This document shows, piece by piece, positions 1 through 12,411 of a DNA stretch of 64,000 bases (position 1 is the first letter of the stretch; each line of letters begins with the position of its first letter). Source of the stretch: Macrostomum hystrix (taxonomy: Eukaryota > Animalia > Platyhelminthes); the NCBI GenBank assembly GCA_950097015.1, contig CATNEN010000038.1:1798001-1862000 (forward strand), in the 5' to 3' direction. The position numbers and the translations under genes were made by a program. The notes below the pieces were generated by a model that was given only the letters and a program-made list of their open reading frames with translations, was not told the origin of the DNA and did not search any database.

Positions 1-2490
1 CCACCGCCCGCTTTGCTCCACGACTGTCGAGTTCGCCTTCGGTACTGACTCCAGCTGCGACGCAGGTCCACATCGTCCGGCCTGCGACCCCTGCTGTTGT
101 ACGTCCTCGACCGGGCCGACTGCCTGAAGCCGGAGGACCCGGTGGAGATTTCGGCCAGCACGGGCCAGCCTGGGTCGATCGCCTGCACCGCTAGGTCCAG
201 CTCGCGCATCACGGAGTCAGGAAATATCCCAATCCAAGATCGGCGCACTTCAAACATTTTCTCCCTGGCCGAATCGGAGTCTGTGGCGGCCACAGCAGCT
301 ACAAAAGCGGACACAATGCCAACACTGAATAGCTTTGCATATGGCGACTGTGGCAGCTGCTTTACTATGGAGTCAATTAGGCCCAGGTAAGCCAGTCGCT
401 CTTGAGGTGTCCTGGCCTGTTTGAGTAGGTGAAAAACGGGGCCAATTTTTTTAGAAAGCCACTTTTGTTTTTTGTTATATATATCGAGACATTGCAAGTA
501 TACCTTTGTGTGTATATTGTTGTCAATAAAAATGTGACAAGCACCCCATGAAGTGCCACAAATATATTATCAACTTTGTATAGATTTGCTGAAGGTGAGT
601 ATCTATGCTTAATGTGGGGGAATTGTCTTAATTGTGAACAGTTCATAATTATACTCCAGGCAAGAACACTATTCTTTTCCTAACTTATAATGTTGAAAAT
701 GCTTCATGCATGCCTAAGTACCTTAAAAAGGCTAGAGAAAACCCAACTTAGTGGAACAGTTTAGGCCAGTTGTGTCCTAGGTATACACAAGTCAGACAGG
801 ATATTAATATGTAGCATCTAAAATGAACTTTTATTTCAGACTTAGTTACGCATCTAACTTTTTTCTATTTCCATAGACAACCCCACTTGTTCCACCAAGA
901 AATACTAGCCTTCCCTTTTTCCCATAGATTAACTGTACCCAGCTCAACCTAATAAAGCCGACCACAGGAGCCAAGGCTCCCCTTCTTAACCCTGCTAAAA
1001 GAAATACAAGTTCACTGCCTTAGCTTAATTTGTTGTGGCTAAGAGCCACAAATATATACTACTTGAAAAAAGTGCATATTTATTTTTTTAAAACTGAAAT
1101 TTAACTGTGTTTCATTAAAGAAAATAATAAGAAAAGTGACAAACAATATAAATTTATCTAGAGTTGCTCTATAGCTATTGAACAAATTATATATAATTTT
1201 GTCTAATTATATAATTATTTAGACATTTTTAGAATAGACCAAAAAGGATTAAGTAGGGCCTAACATTAATGAAAAACTAAATTATATTAGGTATAAATGA
1301 AACAAGTATAATAAATTTAGAAATTTTAATTTTATCATGGCTAGGCCTACTTAACACATTTGCTACTATTAACACCTTGAATTTTGAAGGTGTTTGAAGC
1401 TTATTTGCTCTCTATGCTATAAGACTTTAAGTATCATTAAAGTATACTGATGAAGTGTAGACTACGAGCTATAGACCTACTAGTAGTATTTAGATAGACC
1501 TATTTTATTATAAAATACAGAAATCATTGTGAATATTGAATATTGTCTTGACTATATAATCTTTTTGATTTTTTAATATGGTAGTTAATAATTAAGTAGT
1601 CTAGCTAGAGATCCATAAGCTATGCAACTAGCCTATACTAGGCCAGCTAGCTATTAGATTTCTTTTGATTTAAATTATCATTAGGCCTATCTAATTATCC
1701 AATTGGTCATATCTGGATGAAAAGTTAAATCTCTGCTTGATTCTGTGCACTACTTTTGACAATTTAGGTTAGCGGAGCTTATGGAATTGTTAGAAAACAA
1801 ATGTTTATTTCATTTAAATTAAAATATTTAACGAACCAGCAATCCAATTCAAGTTTGTTAGTTTTTTTCCACTGAAATACTAGCTGCAAAATGGTTTGTT
1901 ATAGTTCATTACCATCTAACACAAAAAGTTTTCTAAAATGGAGTTCATGTTTTTTCTTGTCTAAGCTAAGGTCCAGTAGATAATGTAGGCCTACCTTAAA
2001 TAAAGTTATCAAAATTGAAATATTACCTGGAGTAGGGCCTAGGCCTATTCCCTACAGAATGACTAAAGCCAAGGTGGAATGGAGTTAATCAGGGTGAACC
2101 AATTTGATATCTTCTGTTTATGATGACTTTGGAACAACAAAAGCCACCAATTAAATTTGATAATTAGATTTCGCCAAACTTTACAAAAATGCTACTGTAC
2201 AGAATATAGACTAGGCCTATGTTAATTTTGGTTGGAGCTATGCATTAGATTTTGCATCATAAGCTTTGACTTTAGAAACAAATTAATTAAAACAAGAACA
2301 AGTTACATACCTCTTTCAGTTTTCTCTCAATCATCGCACACATTTTTTGAGAAATTAATGAACTTTCCTCATGAGTCAGGTAGCTTTCAATAATAGCAGT
2401 TAAGCTAGTTGTTGTACTCTTTTCAGGTTCCTTTAGTTCTCCTGTTAATTGATTTTCGAATGCCAGAATAATGTCGCTTACATCATCCAT
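1..2490 (-). CDS. PCF11-like RNA polymerase II CTD-interacting domain (CID) protein, 5' part (exons 2490-2311 and 416-<1)
   Basis: Exon 1 runs from ATG 2490 (MDDVSDIILAFENQLTGEL...MIERKLKE) to a GTATGT donor at 2310. A CAG acceptor ends at 417, phase 0. Exon 2 reads ARTPQERLAYLGLIDSIVKQLPQSPYAKLF...REKMFEVRRSWIGIFPDSVMRELDLAVQAIDPGWPV, matching the Pcf11 CID pattern (YLxDSIVK...W..IFP....LD..V...DP.WP). Exon 2 is not in the ORF track. Confidence 0.8.
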
Positions 2491-3218
2491 AGTTAAGAGT
2501 GAATTTGTTAGTGTATTTTGGTATACCAAAGTGTAGAAATATATATTTTGTTGTAAAAATCTACAGAAGGCTAGGACACTAACTCTGTAGAAAGTAGGCC
2601 TATAGCTGAAGTGTTTTAAGTTAGAATAAGCAGTGACTCTTGTCCTCGCTCTTGTGTCTTGACTAGGCCTATGACTTAAGAAACAAAAATATCGGCTGTG
2701 CCTGCAAGGATGAATTCAGAGATCTGTCAATTTGTTACTCGAAGCGATCATGCGCACATTTTAAAAGCACAATTAGATCAGAATATCTTTGAAACGGAGC
2801 TCTTTCCAGGAAACAAGAATAACGCTAACGACTGGAGCCCGGGCCATACATTAGACAAACCTCTTGAGTTAGAATGAAGCACAATGTTGTACTGCAAACA
2901 GCAACAAAGATGCCTACCAAAATCTGAAAAAAATTGACTCTTTCATGCTTTATTTACCACCTAAAGAACACACAGTAGATAACTTCTACTTTAGTAGTCC
3001 TTCCACCCGCCTCCCCTATCTCTAACATTTATTGCACTCATCGTGTAATCCTCAAGTTTTTTCTGCTTCCGATTTCTCTGCCTCTCACTATCCTCAGCCC
3101 GTACACCTCGGCGACTGAACTTAGCGCATTCTTATTTCTAGCCCGTTGATAGGCAAGGAACCGACTGTTCGAAAAATAAAATATTGACTACAACAATAAA
3201 CACCACAGCACCACACGC

Positions 3219-3894
3219 TTAAGATCGCTTGCTTGGGCGCCAACAGGCCGGTCCGCACCAGTAAGGTACCTGTAGCGTGAGCAGCAAAACCCCACCATAC
3301 GAATGCAACGACAGGTGCGATGACAGTGCGCACCAACGCGAAAGAGCGTACAGTTTATTAGCCAGCGGACGAGGCGAGCTAAATGCTTCCAGCAGCAGCA
3401 GCATCTTCAGGACAGGTTTGGTCTCGTCTGCGTTTTCGCCGTTGTTGTCAGAGGAAGATCCTGGCTCCAGCTCGTAGTAGACCTCTGCCATCTCGCGTGG
3501 AGCCGATAGCTGCCCGTCGATCCAATCCGCGTACTGCCACAGCTTCCGCGACAGCGGCGGTGTCAGCGGCACGGTGTTCCGCTTGAGAAACACTTCGCAG
3601 CAGTCCTCGGGCAGTCGCTTCAGCCAGATGATGCTGTCTTTCACCTCGATGAATTTATCTAAGCCGAGCTTGATGACTTTCGGATGGTTGTCCATGGCAG
3701 CCTTGACAAGCGTTCTCTTTAGTTCCTTGAGTTTATCCCATTGTCTGATGCTCAAATGGAAGCCGGGGACTCCTGGTTTCAAACTCGCAGTGCTGCATGC
3801 CATGTCGGTAAAATTTTCTGATAGCAATGAATTTCACTCCTTCATACTCCTGTATTTTTCGCAGATGTCCATTACTCAAACTCAAACAGATCAA
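3219..3894 (-). pseudogene. Tandem PC4/Sub1-like (ssDNA-binding fold) ORF with one frameshift
   Basis: The upstream frame LSLSNGHLRKIQEYEGVKFIAIRKFYRHGMQHCE joins LKPGVPGFHLSIRQWDKLKEL (ORF 3219-3827) if one base of the A run at 3781-3783 is removed. Together they resemble PC4 (..V..FKG...IDIRE.......KPG.KGISL...QW..LKE). A second, weaker unit follows (IKLGLDKFIEV...VPLTPPLSRKLWQYADWIDGQL). No in-frame ATG was found. Confidence 0.5.
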
Positions 3895-6800
3895 TTAACA
3901 ATCTCGTTTAAAGGAAATTTCGATTCCACATGAGTCAATCTGATTTTTAGTCCTGATATAGACTAAACCATTGCTGCAAACATACAGCTATACTAATTAA
4001 AACACAGGCCCGCGAGTTCCCAGTATCCTAGTTTTAAAATACACACGAATATTGCACAATTGTGCACACACACACACACAAAACAGTCAAATATACTAAA
4101 AATGTATGCTTAGTTACTAAATTATAAACTAAATAAAACCAGCCCCTGGCATCCCCGGCACTAGAAAAGCTTTCCCTGCGGTAGAATCCCCCAATGCATT
4201 TACATAGGATGTTCACTCACTAAGCCCATGGTTATACTCCGGCTTAATCGCATGATATGAAAATTTCAGGTCTCCAAAGCACTTAAAAGTGCTTTCTCAC
4301 TAGGCCCGTGGTTTTTCCACAGAAAATGCTGCGGTAGAGTGCACATACTCGTAACTTCTACTACTCACGTTGTCGAGACGCTGGCCGAGCGTGCTGAGCG
4401 TGCCGCTTCACCATCGATTAAAGTAAAAATGGAGCTATCGGAAAGCTAACCATAGAGCGGCTTCAATGAGGAGCTGTCTAGTACCGACAGGACAAGCTAG
4501 AAAGGCCATAGAGCACCACCAAAGGTATTGCCGGACAACCAAAACAAGCACTGAGACAGGAAAATCAGACGCACATAGAGACAGAAAAGGGAGACGAAAG
4601 TAATTCAGTAAAAAAAAGCATTTCCATTTCGCCGCGATCTACCTCAACCAATAATTACATCGAACCTACTCATTTAAAATATGTACATAAAAACTACAAC
4701 GTGCTGCGAACCCGGGAATCCACCCACCCGAACGGCATCTCAAAGACGGATGCTTTCGTTGGAGGTCCCGACGGTCGCCACCGATGCTCCAGACGGCGAT
4801 GAAGTGGACCCCTGCAGGTGCCTGGGATGCTGAAAAAAGGTCCCTACGACAGATGGACTCAGATAGAGGTTTATACAGAGTTACACAGATGTTAGAATTG
4901 TCCTTGTCAACAGGGTCTTCGAACAAAAAATGTAATGATAGGTATACGTAACAAGCGAGAAACAAGCCCAAGGTTTTTCTGGATCCATAAAAAGTAAATG
5001 TGAAAACTTTCTTACAGAACAACTTGCCAGCTCTCAAAAATTTTTTAGCTGATTTTAGGCTGAGAGAAGTTAAGCTTTTTATTCGAGTGAACGGTCTCTC
5101 TTTTATGTGCGACTATCAAATGTACCGGCCTAGCTTCCCCGTTGCTGTGCACGCTAAATGTGTTTGAAAGTCGCCTTAAGATTAAGGTTTCGTTATGGAC
5201 TGTACACTTTTCCGTCAATTGGAACTATTATACTCGTCGGAAGTTCTAAAATTCAGAGTGCAGTTTAGTGTAGCAAATGTGATTCTGCTTGACATCTAGG
5301 CAACAGTACCGAAATGTTACCTGAGAAGGCGGATGAGTCTGTTCGATTAGTTTGTAATTAATGAACGGTAGAAAGACCCAAAGCATTTCAAATACCCACA
5401 TTATTTTTTCTTTTTTTTGTATTTCCAAAAATATTTCAAGAACATGGGCTACAATTTTCCGCTTTACCCGAATAAACATCAAACAGAATCACAAAACACC
5501 GGCATCGTCGAGATATTCAACGATTCTCATCCGGGTGTCTGGTGGCAAAACCCACAAAAATAAGCAAAAGTTTTCTTGTCATAAAATTTCATCATGTAAC
5601 CAAGTCGGCTGCTATTGTTGAATAAATTGTATTGATTATGTTGTTAATTTATACATTTTTGAGATGATATGGATTTGCCAAAGAGAGTTGTCATTGGCAC
5701 TGCAGAGTCACTGAATATCTCGGCGATTTTGGCTCGTACGGCCTTGAAAGTATGTTCATCGTAAAGGGCGGAAAATGTAGCTTCAGATAGTGCATGGACT
5801 TTCACGAAAATTTGTCATTCGGTTTGGGAGCTATCTTGAAGTTAGCAGTGGGTATTTGAAATGCCCCCCCTGTGGTCTTTCCCCAGGGGGAGGGAAATGT
5901 TGATATTTACTTTTCATGCCAACATTTCGCATTGAATCATGTATTCGAGTGCAGGAACTGAAATTGAATCGTTCAGGCAGAGAGCTTTCTGCCGGCTCCT
6001 AGGAACATAAAAAACATTTCAGAGTTCTCAAAAAGGTGAGGCCAATGATTGATTGAATACAGTCTCTAGCATAATTAGAGCTGCCGCATTCATCTGTATT
6101 CGCCATTGTCTTCTAAAATATAGTTTTTTCCAATCTTTTCTATGGGGGAGAGCTAGGCCAACAAAAAATGTGAATCACAGCGCATTGTTGGTGGGGTGGG
6201 CGCCCTCCTGGCCCAGGAAACTTGCCTGCGACTCCGCACGCGCCACCTGGCTGAAACTGAGTGTTTTTTCCCAACTGCAGCACCGGTCATGGACGCAATC
6301 TGTGCAATCTGCTTGAGAAGAGGACTCATGCCCTCAAAAGCACCCCACCTGGCCCTAGTCGGAATACTGCAACTCTCCCATCTCGCCTTTGATTCTCTCT
6401 GCCCAGAAGAGCGGTATTAGGTGGTGAGCGGTCTATCTTTCGTGGACGAAAAAAACAATGCAACCTTACTGTCTGCCTCTGAGGCTCTCCCTGCCCGAGG
6501 AGTTGCTAGGGACAACTGGACGCAAACAAAGTCGCACGCGATTCGCTATTGTTCAGGCCCAGATGCATTGGCTGCACTGCTCACTGTCACTGATGCACTA
6601 AACTAATGTGCTCTCAGAAATGATTGCATGTCTGCGAAGCCTACTCATTTCGCATACTTATATCGTTTATATTAATTTTTGGCCGCCGAATCAAGAAAGT
6701 TTATGAATTTAACCTCTATTCGTTTTTGCGATTCCATAATGGAACTGAAACAAATGGCATTTTTCGTACAACACCCAAAAAAGTTACACTTGTGCATATG

Positions 6801-7053
6801 CAGCTGAAGATTTTTATTTATTAGACAGACAGCAAGAGTAAGAAGCAAACACGGAGTAGGGACAGTGTTGAAAAGCTCTAAAGACAAAATCTGTGGAATA
6901 ATAGGCTTTTACAGATTAATTCAGCACGAATTATTAGGAGTTTTATCTATTGTCAAATCACAGTGCAACATTTATCCGACACATTCGAGTATTTGAACAA
7001 ACCATTAGCGCGCCAATTTAAAAAGCGGTGCTTATGTACGTGCCGTTTGATAA

Positions 7054-8935
7054 TCAGGCAGAGCTGTCACGAACCACCTGCTTGGCCGATGCTCGCATCG
7101 CTGCAGGCGCTCGCGCAGCGGAGGCCCTCATGTGCCTGGCCGTGTGCCTCTTGCCAGACCTTCCGAAGTCCAGATCCTCGTCCGAGCAGCTGCGAGCCTC
7201 GTTTTCGCTGCACGACTCGTCCGAGTGGCAGCAGCTGGACGAATTCTCTTCGTTCTCATCGTCGTCGTCGTCCTCGTCGCGTCTAACGTGGATGCCCATC
7301 TTGTTGCCAATCCAGCGAAGCTTGGCAGTGATTTCGTCCTGGATGAGATTCATGCACATCGACAGCATCGCCAGGCCGAACAAGCAGTAGATGGCTCCCA
7401 CCAACAGCTCCAAGATGACGCTCACCTGTCGTTGATTTCAGTACGCGCGATGCACTTAGACCTTCATTGTCACTTTTCAACAAGAAGCATTAATTATTTA
7501 ATTCAGAACCTGATTCGAATGGCGCTGACTTACACTGTCAAACGGTCCGTTTCGACCTGGCACATAATCACCAAAGCCGATAGTGCTCAGAGTGATAAAC
7601 GAGAAGTAGGTGCCTTCAACCAGAGTCCAGTCCTTCTCCCAAACCGTGAACACAGCGGCGCCAACCAGGATGTACAGAATAAGCAGCAGGATCGTCACCG
7701 TGATCGGAATATTGACAACTTCGTCATCGAAGTCGTCATCCTCCTCTTCGACGACGACAACGGCTCCGACCTGTCGGGGATTGAGACCAAAAGCTTGAAA
7801 AATAGCTCTATAAGAAGGTCACTTCCAAATCCGTCCACCACAGAGCAGAGCAGACTCACGACAGCTTGCGAGCATGACATAAATGTGTCATAATGTTTCG
7901 TTTTCAGATAAAATAGAAACTTAATAATATAACAATAACAATATAATAATATTTTAAGGATCGCCGCGTCAAAGCGTCGCTGCGTACTTTTGGTGGCGGA
8001 TGCTTGGCCTGCCCGCTGCCGTCCTCGACGCTCCTCCATTCCGTCTGCTGCTGCTCCGCCGTCTCCTGCGTGAGCTGGCTGCGGCGCACGAAGCACTTGC
8101 AGCAGCAGATGTTCAGGTAGAAGCTGCGGAACAGCATGGCTGTGGGCTCGCCAATCTTAGTCAGGAATAGCAGCATCAGCGGGATGCCCAGAATGGCATA
8201 GATCATGCAGATTATCTGGCCCCACTGCGTGGTTGGCGTGATATGCCCGTATCCTGAGATCGATCAATTTGTGCATGCGTAAGGCTCTGATAGGCTTTAT
8301 ACGAGCTAGTCTTTGGTTATTTGAATCTCACCGATTGTGGTGACAATGGTGGTGCAAAAGTAGATGGAATTGGCCAGCACCCAGTTAGGCGGATTCTCCG
8401 GTGTTCCAATGGTGCTGCAGTTCTTAGCTGGATCCACGCTCAGAGTGAAGATGTCCTTGGCGAAAACTTCGAGCTCGCTCAGGATGGCAGTCTTGGAGAG
8501 AGTCGTGTTCTCACCCTGGGCGATATTGTACACCCGATCTGCGGCCTCGTTTCGCTTGGCCTCGTATTTGGAGTAGGAGATGCTGCAGGCTGACTTCTCG
8601 TTGGTCTCTTCTAGGTAGTTGAACAGGAAGCCGCCCATTATTAGGTAGATGATGACCAGTGTTAGGGTGCCCAGGTGCGACAGCATGATGGCGGTGAATC
8701 TCTGGCAGCATCTCTTCCAGCGGGCCTGATCAACCGGTGGCTCATCCGTCGCCTGCTCGGCGCCTTTGGCCGGATTCTGCTGCACTGCCGAGGTCTGCTT
8801 GAAGCCGGTGACGTCGCCGCCGCCGGCTGTGGCAAAGTTGGTCACCTGAAAGTTGGCCACCTTGCCCGCTGAGCTAGATGACGTCATCAAGGAGCCGTCG
8901 AACGCATTGGCTTCGAAGCCTTGATTGTCCCACAT
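7054..8935 (-). CDS. Two-pore-domain (K2P/TWiK-type) potassium channel, paralog 1; exons 8935-8332, 8253-7988, 7770-7534, 7425-7054; about 492 aa
   Basis: All introns are GT-AG and phase-consistent (1,0,0). Pore 1 is TTIG|YG across intron 1 and pore 2 is STIGFGDYVPG. There are four hydrophobic TM segments, an M1-P1 cap loop with Cys, and YAILGIPLMLLFL. Confidence 0.93.
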
Positions 8936-9379
8936 AATATTGAGCAGCCTGGGCTGGCAATTCAGCAGGGAGAATTTGCGACACAACCTTAGATTTTGAG
9001 CACGCTCCTATTTAGCCACGAAAATGTGAAAGTGGACCGCCCTAGCCTGGAGTGAAGCTGGAGTGGCCCGCTGAGTTTGCCAGGTGTGCGTGGGGTGGCT
9101 GCCGCGATCCAATCACGGCTTTGGTATTTGTTCCTTCTAATTAATTCTATTTATCAAGATCCGCGCCTCACTCAATGTAAAATTGTTTTAGCCTGAAAGT
9201 CATAGCAGCGCACGCTCCCATTTCCCTCATCCGATTGTTTATTTCCCCTATTTGTGTTCATTTTGTTTTCGCTTCATAAGTGCATGCGCAAAACTGTAGA
9301 TTAGTGTGTAACCGACAGCTCTGAGAAATACGCTCGTAGAAGCATGGAATCCATCTTCCCAATCTCTATCGATCAATAG

Positions 9380-9597
9380 AGACAATGGCAATCATTTTGT
9401 GACACTAGACCCGCAGTCAGCGAGGAGGTGATTCTACCCATTTCGCTGACTCCTGAGCCCAAACGCACACAGATACCGTACGCAGTCACACGCTCACACA
9501 GGTGCGGACATCTGCCGTGACTTCTCATCGTCTGGCTGTGTACAATATCACTGTACAAATAAATGTAGCCTCGCCGCGGAAACGAGCTCAGGGACAT
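9380..9597 (-). mobile_element. tRNA-derived SINE (family A), 3' body; interrupted by a LINE
   Basis: Aligns by eye with the full-length copy at 48535-48903 (gtgacactagacccgcag...catttcgctgactcctgag...cacacaggtg...caaataaatgt), with an internal deletion. Confidence 0.75.
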
Positions 9598-10878
9598 AGA
9601 GAGCAATGGTCTGCGCATTCACGAGGTGCTTTCCGAAAGGCCCTACGGCCCTCGAAATGCAGGCCACCTACGGGCCCTCACCGAGCCTACATGCTACATG
9701 CAAAGCAATAAAACTTCGCCGCCCAATGAGCAACTGGCCAACCATAATGCCTAGTAAGCGTCTCAACCGGCCCGCCGAGCCTCAACGGTGGGCACCCTCT
9801 AGAGCGAGGCGCCACCTCACCCGGTCTGCCAGCGTGCGGCCCCCCTAGCAGCCTGCACTTTCCGCAACTCAACGTGGAGGGCGTCAATGCCAAGATGCCC
9901 GAACTGTGCAAGCTGATGTTGGACCTGCACGTCGACGTGGCGTGTCTGCAAGAGATCCACACCACCGAGGGACGGTAACCGTGTCTTCCGGGTTTCAACA
10001 CAATCTGGCGCCATCGTCAAAGTGGCCGGCGCTCCGCGGTGGCCCGGAGGAGGCTTCTCGATCCTCATCCGCGAAGGTGCTGCAGAAGCGTCGCTGCTGG
10101 CCGCCGTGCGATCTTGTGTCTGATGATCAATGCGTGCTGGGCACGAGGCGAGGTCCCTGACGCTTGGCCGCGCGCCCACATCGTGCCTATTCTCAAGAAA
10201 GGCAAGCCGGCCAATCAGATTGGCTCCTACCGGCCGATTGCTCTGACCTCGAGCCTGGCTAAGTTGGCCGAGCGGTTGGTACAAGCGCGGATGCGCGGCT
10301 AGTGGGCTGAGTCCCGACACCTGCTGCACCCCGCCCAGGCCGGTTTCCACAAGCGGCGCAGCACCGAGGACCATATTGCCAGGCTTACTAAGCTAATCAG
10401 CGATGGCTGAGCAGCTGGCGGCTCTTCCGCGAGGGCCTGCCGCAGGGGAGTGTGCTCGCCCCGCTCCTCTTCGCTCTTTTCATCAACGACCTCCCCGACC
10501 GCCTACCTACTGACTGCACGCCATTCATCCATGCGTCCTCTAGCCGTCGCGGTGCAAGGCATGACAGTGGAGGAGGTCCAGGCGAAGGCGCAGCGAACTA
10601 TTGACGCGGTCTCCGGATGGGCGAAAGATTGGCGGATGGAGCTGGCAACAAGCAAGTGCGTCGCCTCCCTGTTCACCACCACCCCTGGAGAGGCCTGCCG
10701 CCAGCTTAGCCTGAGGCTAAAGAACGAGCCTCTCGCCACGGATCGGCAGCCACGCTTCCTCGGCGTCATTCTGGATCGGCTGCTCAGCTTCACCGCCGCC
10801 AATGTTGCCGGCCGCGCCCGCGCCTGCTGCGGCGTGCTGGCAGCACTGTCCGGCAGCAGCTGGGCGCTAGCCAAAGTG
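9598..10878 (+). mobile_element. Degenerate non-LTR retrotransposon (LINE), 3'-truncated copy forming the left arm
   Basis: APE endonuclease start QLNVEGVNAK...DVACLQE. RT fragments HIVPILKKGKPANQIGSYRPIALTSSLAKLAER, QAGFHKRRSTEDH, GLPQGSVLAPLLF and RFLGVILDRLLSF. Many frameshifts and deletions. Confidence 0.88.
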
Positions 10879-10960
10879 CCCAGCCAAAGCTACTCTTTAG
10901 TGACGTCACTGATGGCAGAGCGGTTGACGCGTTTGCCTCTCGCGCCAATGTCCCTGAGCT

Positions 10961-12376
10961 TCTTCTTCTTCTTCCGTTTCGGGCGTGCTCGGGCTGTCGC
11001 CCATGGCACCGGGCATCAGAGGACGCATGCCTTATCGAGGAGGCCCAGCACCGCGGGCATCCAGGCGACGTAGGCCGTGTAGAGCTGGCGCACGTCACTT
11101 TGGCTAGCGCCCAGCTGCTGCCGGACAGTGCTGCCAGCACGCCGCAGCAGGCGCGGGCGCGGCCGGCAACATTGGCGGCGGTGAAGCTGAGCAGCCGATC
11201 CAGAATGACGCCGAGGAAGCGTGGCTGCCGATCCGTGGCGAGAGGCTCGTTCTTTAGCCTCAGGCTAAGCTGGCGGCAGGCCTCTCCAGGGGTGGTGGTG
11301 AACAGGGAGGCGACGCACTTGCTTGTTGCCAGCTCCATCCGCCAATCTTTCGCCCATCCGGAGACCGCGTCAATAGTTCGCTGCGCCTTCGCCTGGACCT
11401 CCTCCACTGTCATGCCTTGCACCGCGACGGCTAGAGGACGCATGGATGAATGGCGTGCAGTCAGTAGGTAGGCGGTCGGGGAGGTCGTTGATGAAAAGAG
11501 CGAAGAGGAGCGGGGCGAGCACACTCCCCTGCGGCAGGCCCTCGCGGAAGAGCCGCCAGCTGCTCAGCCATCGCTGATTAGCTTAGTAAGCCTGGCAATA
11601 TGGTCCTCGGTGCTGCGCCGCTTGTGGAAACCGGCCTGGGCGGGGTGCAGCAGGTGTCGGGACTCAGCCCACTAGCCGCGCATCCGCGCTTGTACCAACC
11701 GCTCGGCCAACTTAGCCAGGCTCGAGGTCAGAGCAATCGGCCGGTAGGAGCCAATCTGATTGGCCGGCTTGCCTTTCTTGAGAATAGGCACGATGTGGGC
11801 GCGCGGCCAAGCGTCAGGGACCTCGCCTCGTGCCCAGCACGCATTGATCATCAGACACAAGATCGCACGGCGGCCAGCAGCGACGCTTCTGCAGCACCTT
11901 CGCGGATGAGGATCGAGAAGCCTCCTCCGGGCCACCGCGGAGCGCCGGCCACTTTGACGATGGCGCCAGATTGTGTTGAAACCCGGAAGACACGGTTACC
12001 GTCCCTCGGTGGTGTGGATCTCTTGCAGACACGCCACGTCGACGTGCAGGTCCAACATCAGCTTGCACAGTTCGGGCATCTTGGCATTGACGCCCTCCAC
12101 GTTGAGTTGCGGAAAGTGCAGGCTGCTAGGGGGGCCGCACGCTGGCAGACCGGGTGAGGTGGCGCCTCGCTCTAGAGGGTGCCCACCGTTGAGGCTCGGC
12201 GGGCCGGTTGAGACGCTTACTAGGCATTATGGTTGGCCAGTTGCTCATTGGGCGGCGAAGTTTTATTGCTTTGCATGTAGCATGTAGGCTCGGTGAGGGC
12301 CCGTAGGTGGCCTGCATTTCGAGGGCCGTAGGGCCTTTCGGAAAGCACCTCGTGAATGCGCAGACCATTGCTCTCT
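10961..12376 (-). mobile_element. Internally deleted LINE (APE+RT remnants, possibly I/Ingi-group) with both ends, a (GAA)n tail and a 13-bp TSD
   Basis: Same motifs as the left arm. The tail cttcttcttcttcttc lies at about 10959-10974. Direct repeat ATGTCCCTGAGCT at 10948-10960 and 12377-12389. The flanks (10912-10960 and 12390-12420) rejoin into the tRNA head of SINE family A. Confidence 0.88.
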
Positions 12377-12411
12377 ATGTCCCTGAGCTCGTTTCCGCGG
12401 CGAGGCTACAT

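Noticed and set aside
4340-6610. Short ORFs and possible transposon remnants
   Set aside because: No domain motifs, TIRs or TSDs could be supported.
9598-9720. HDV-like ribozyme at the LINE 5' end
   Set aside because: Could not fit the nested double pseudoknot by eye; a covariance-model search would be needed.
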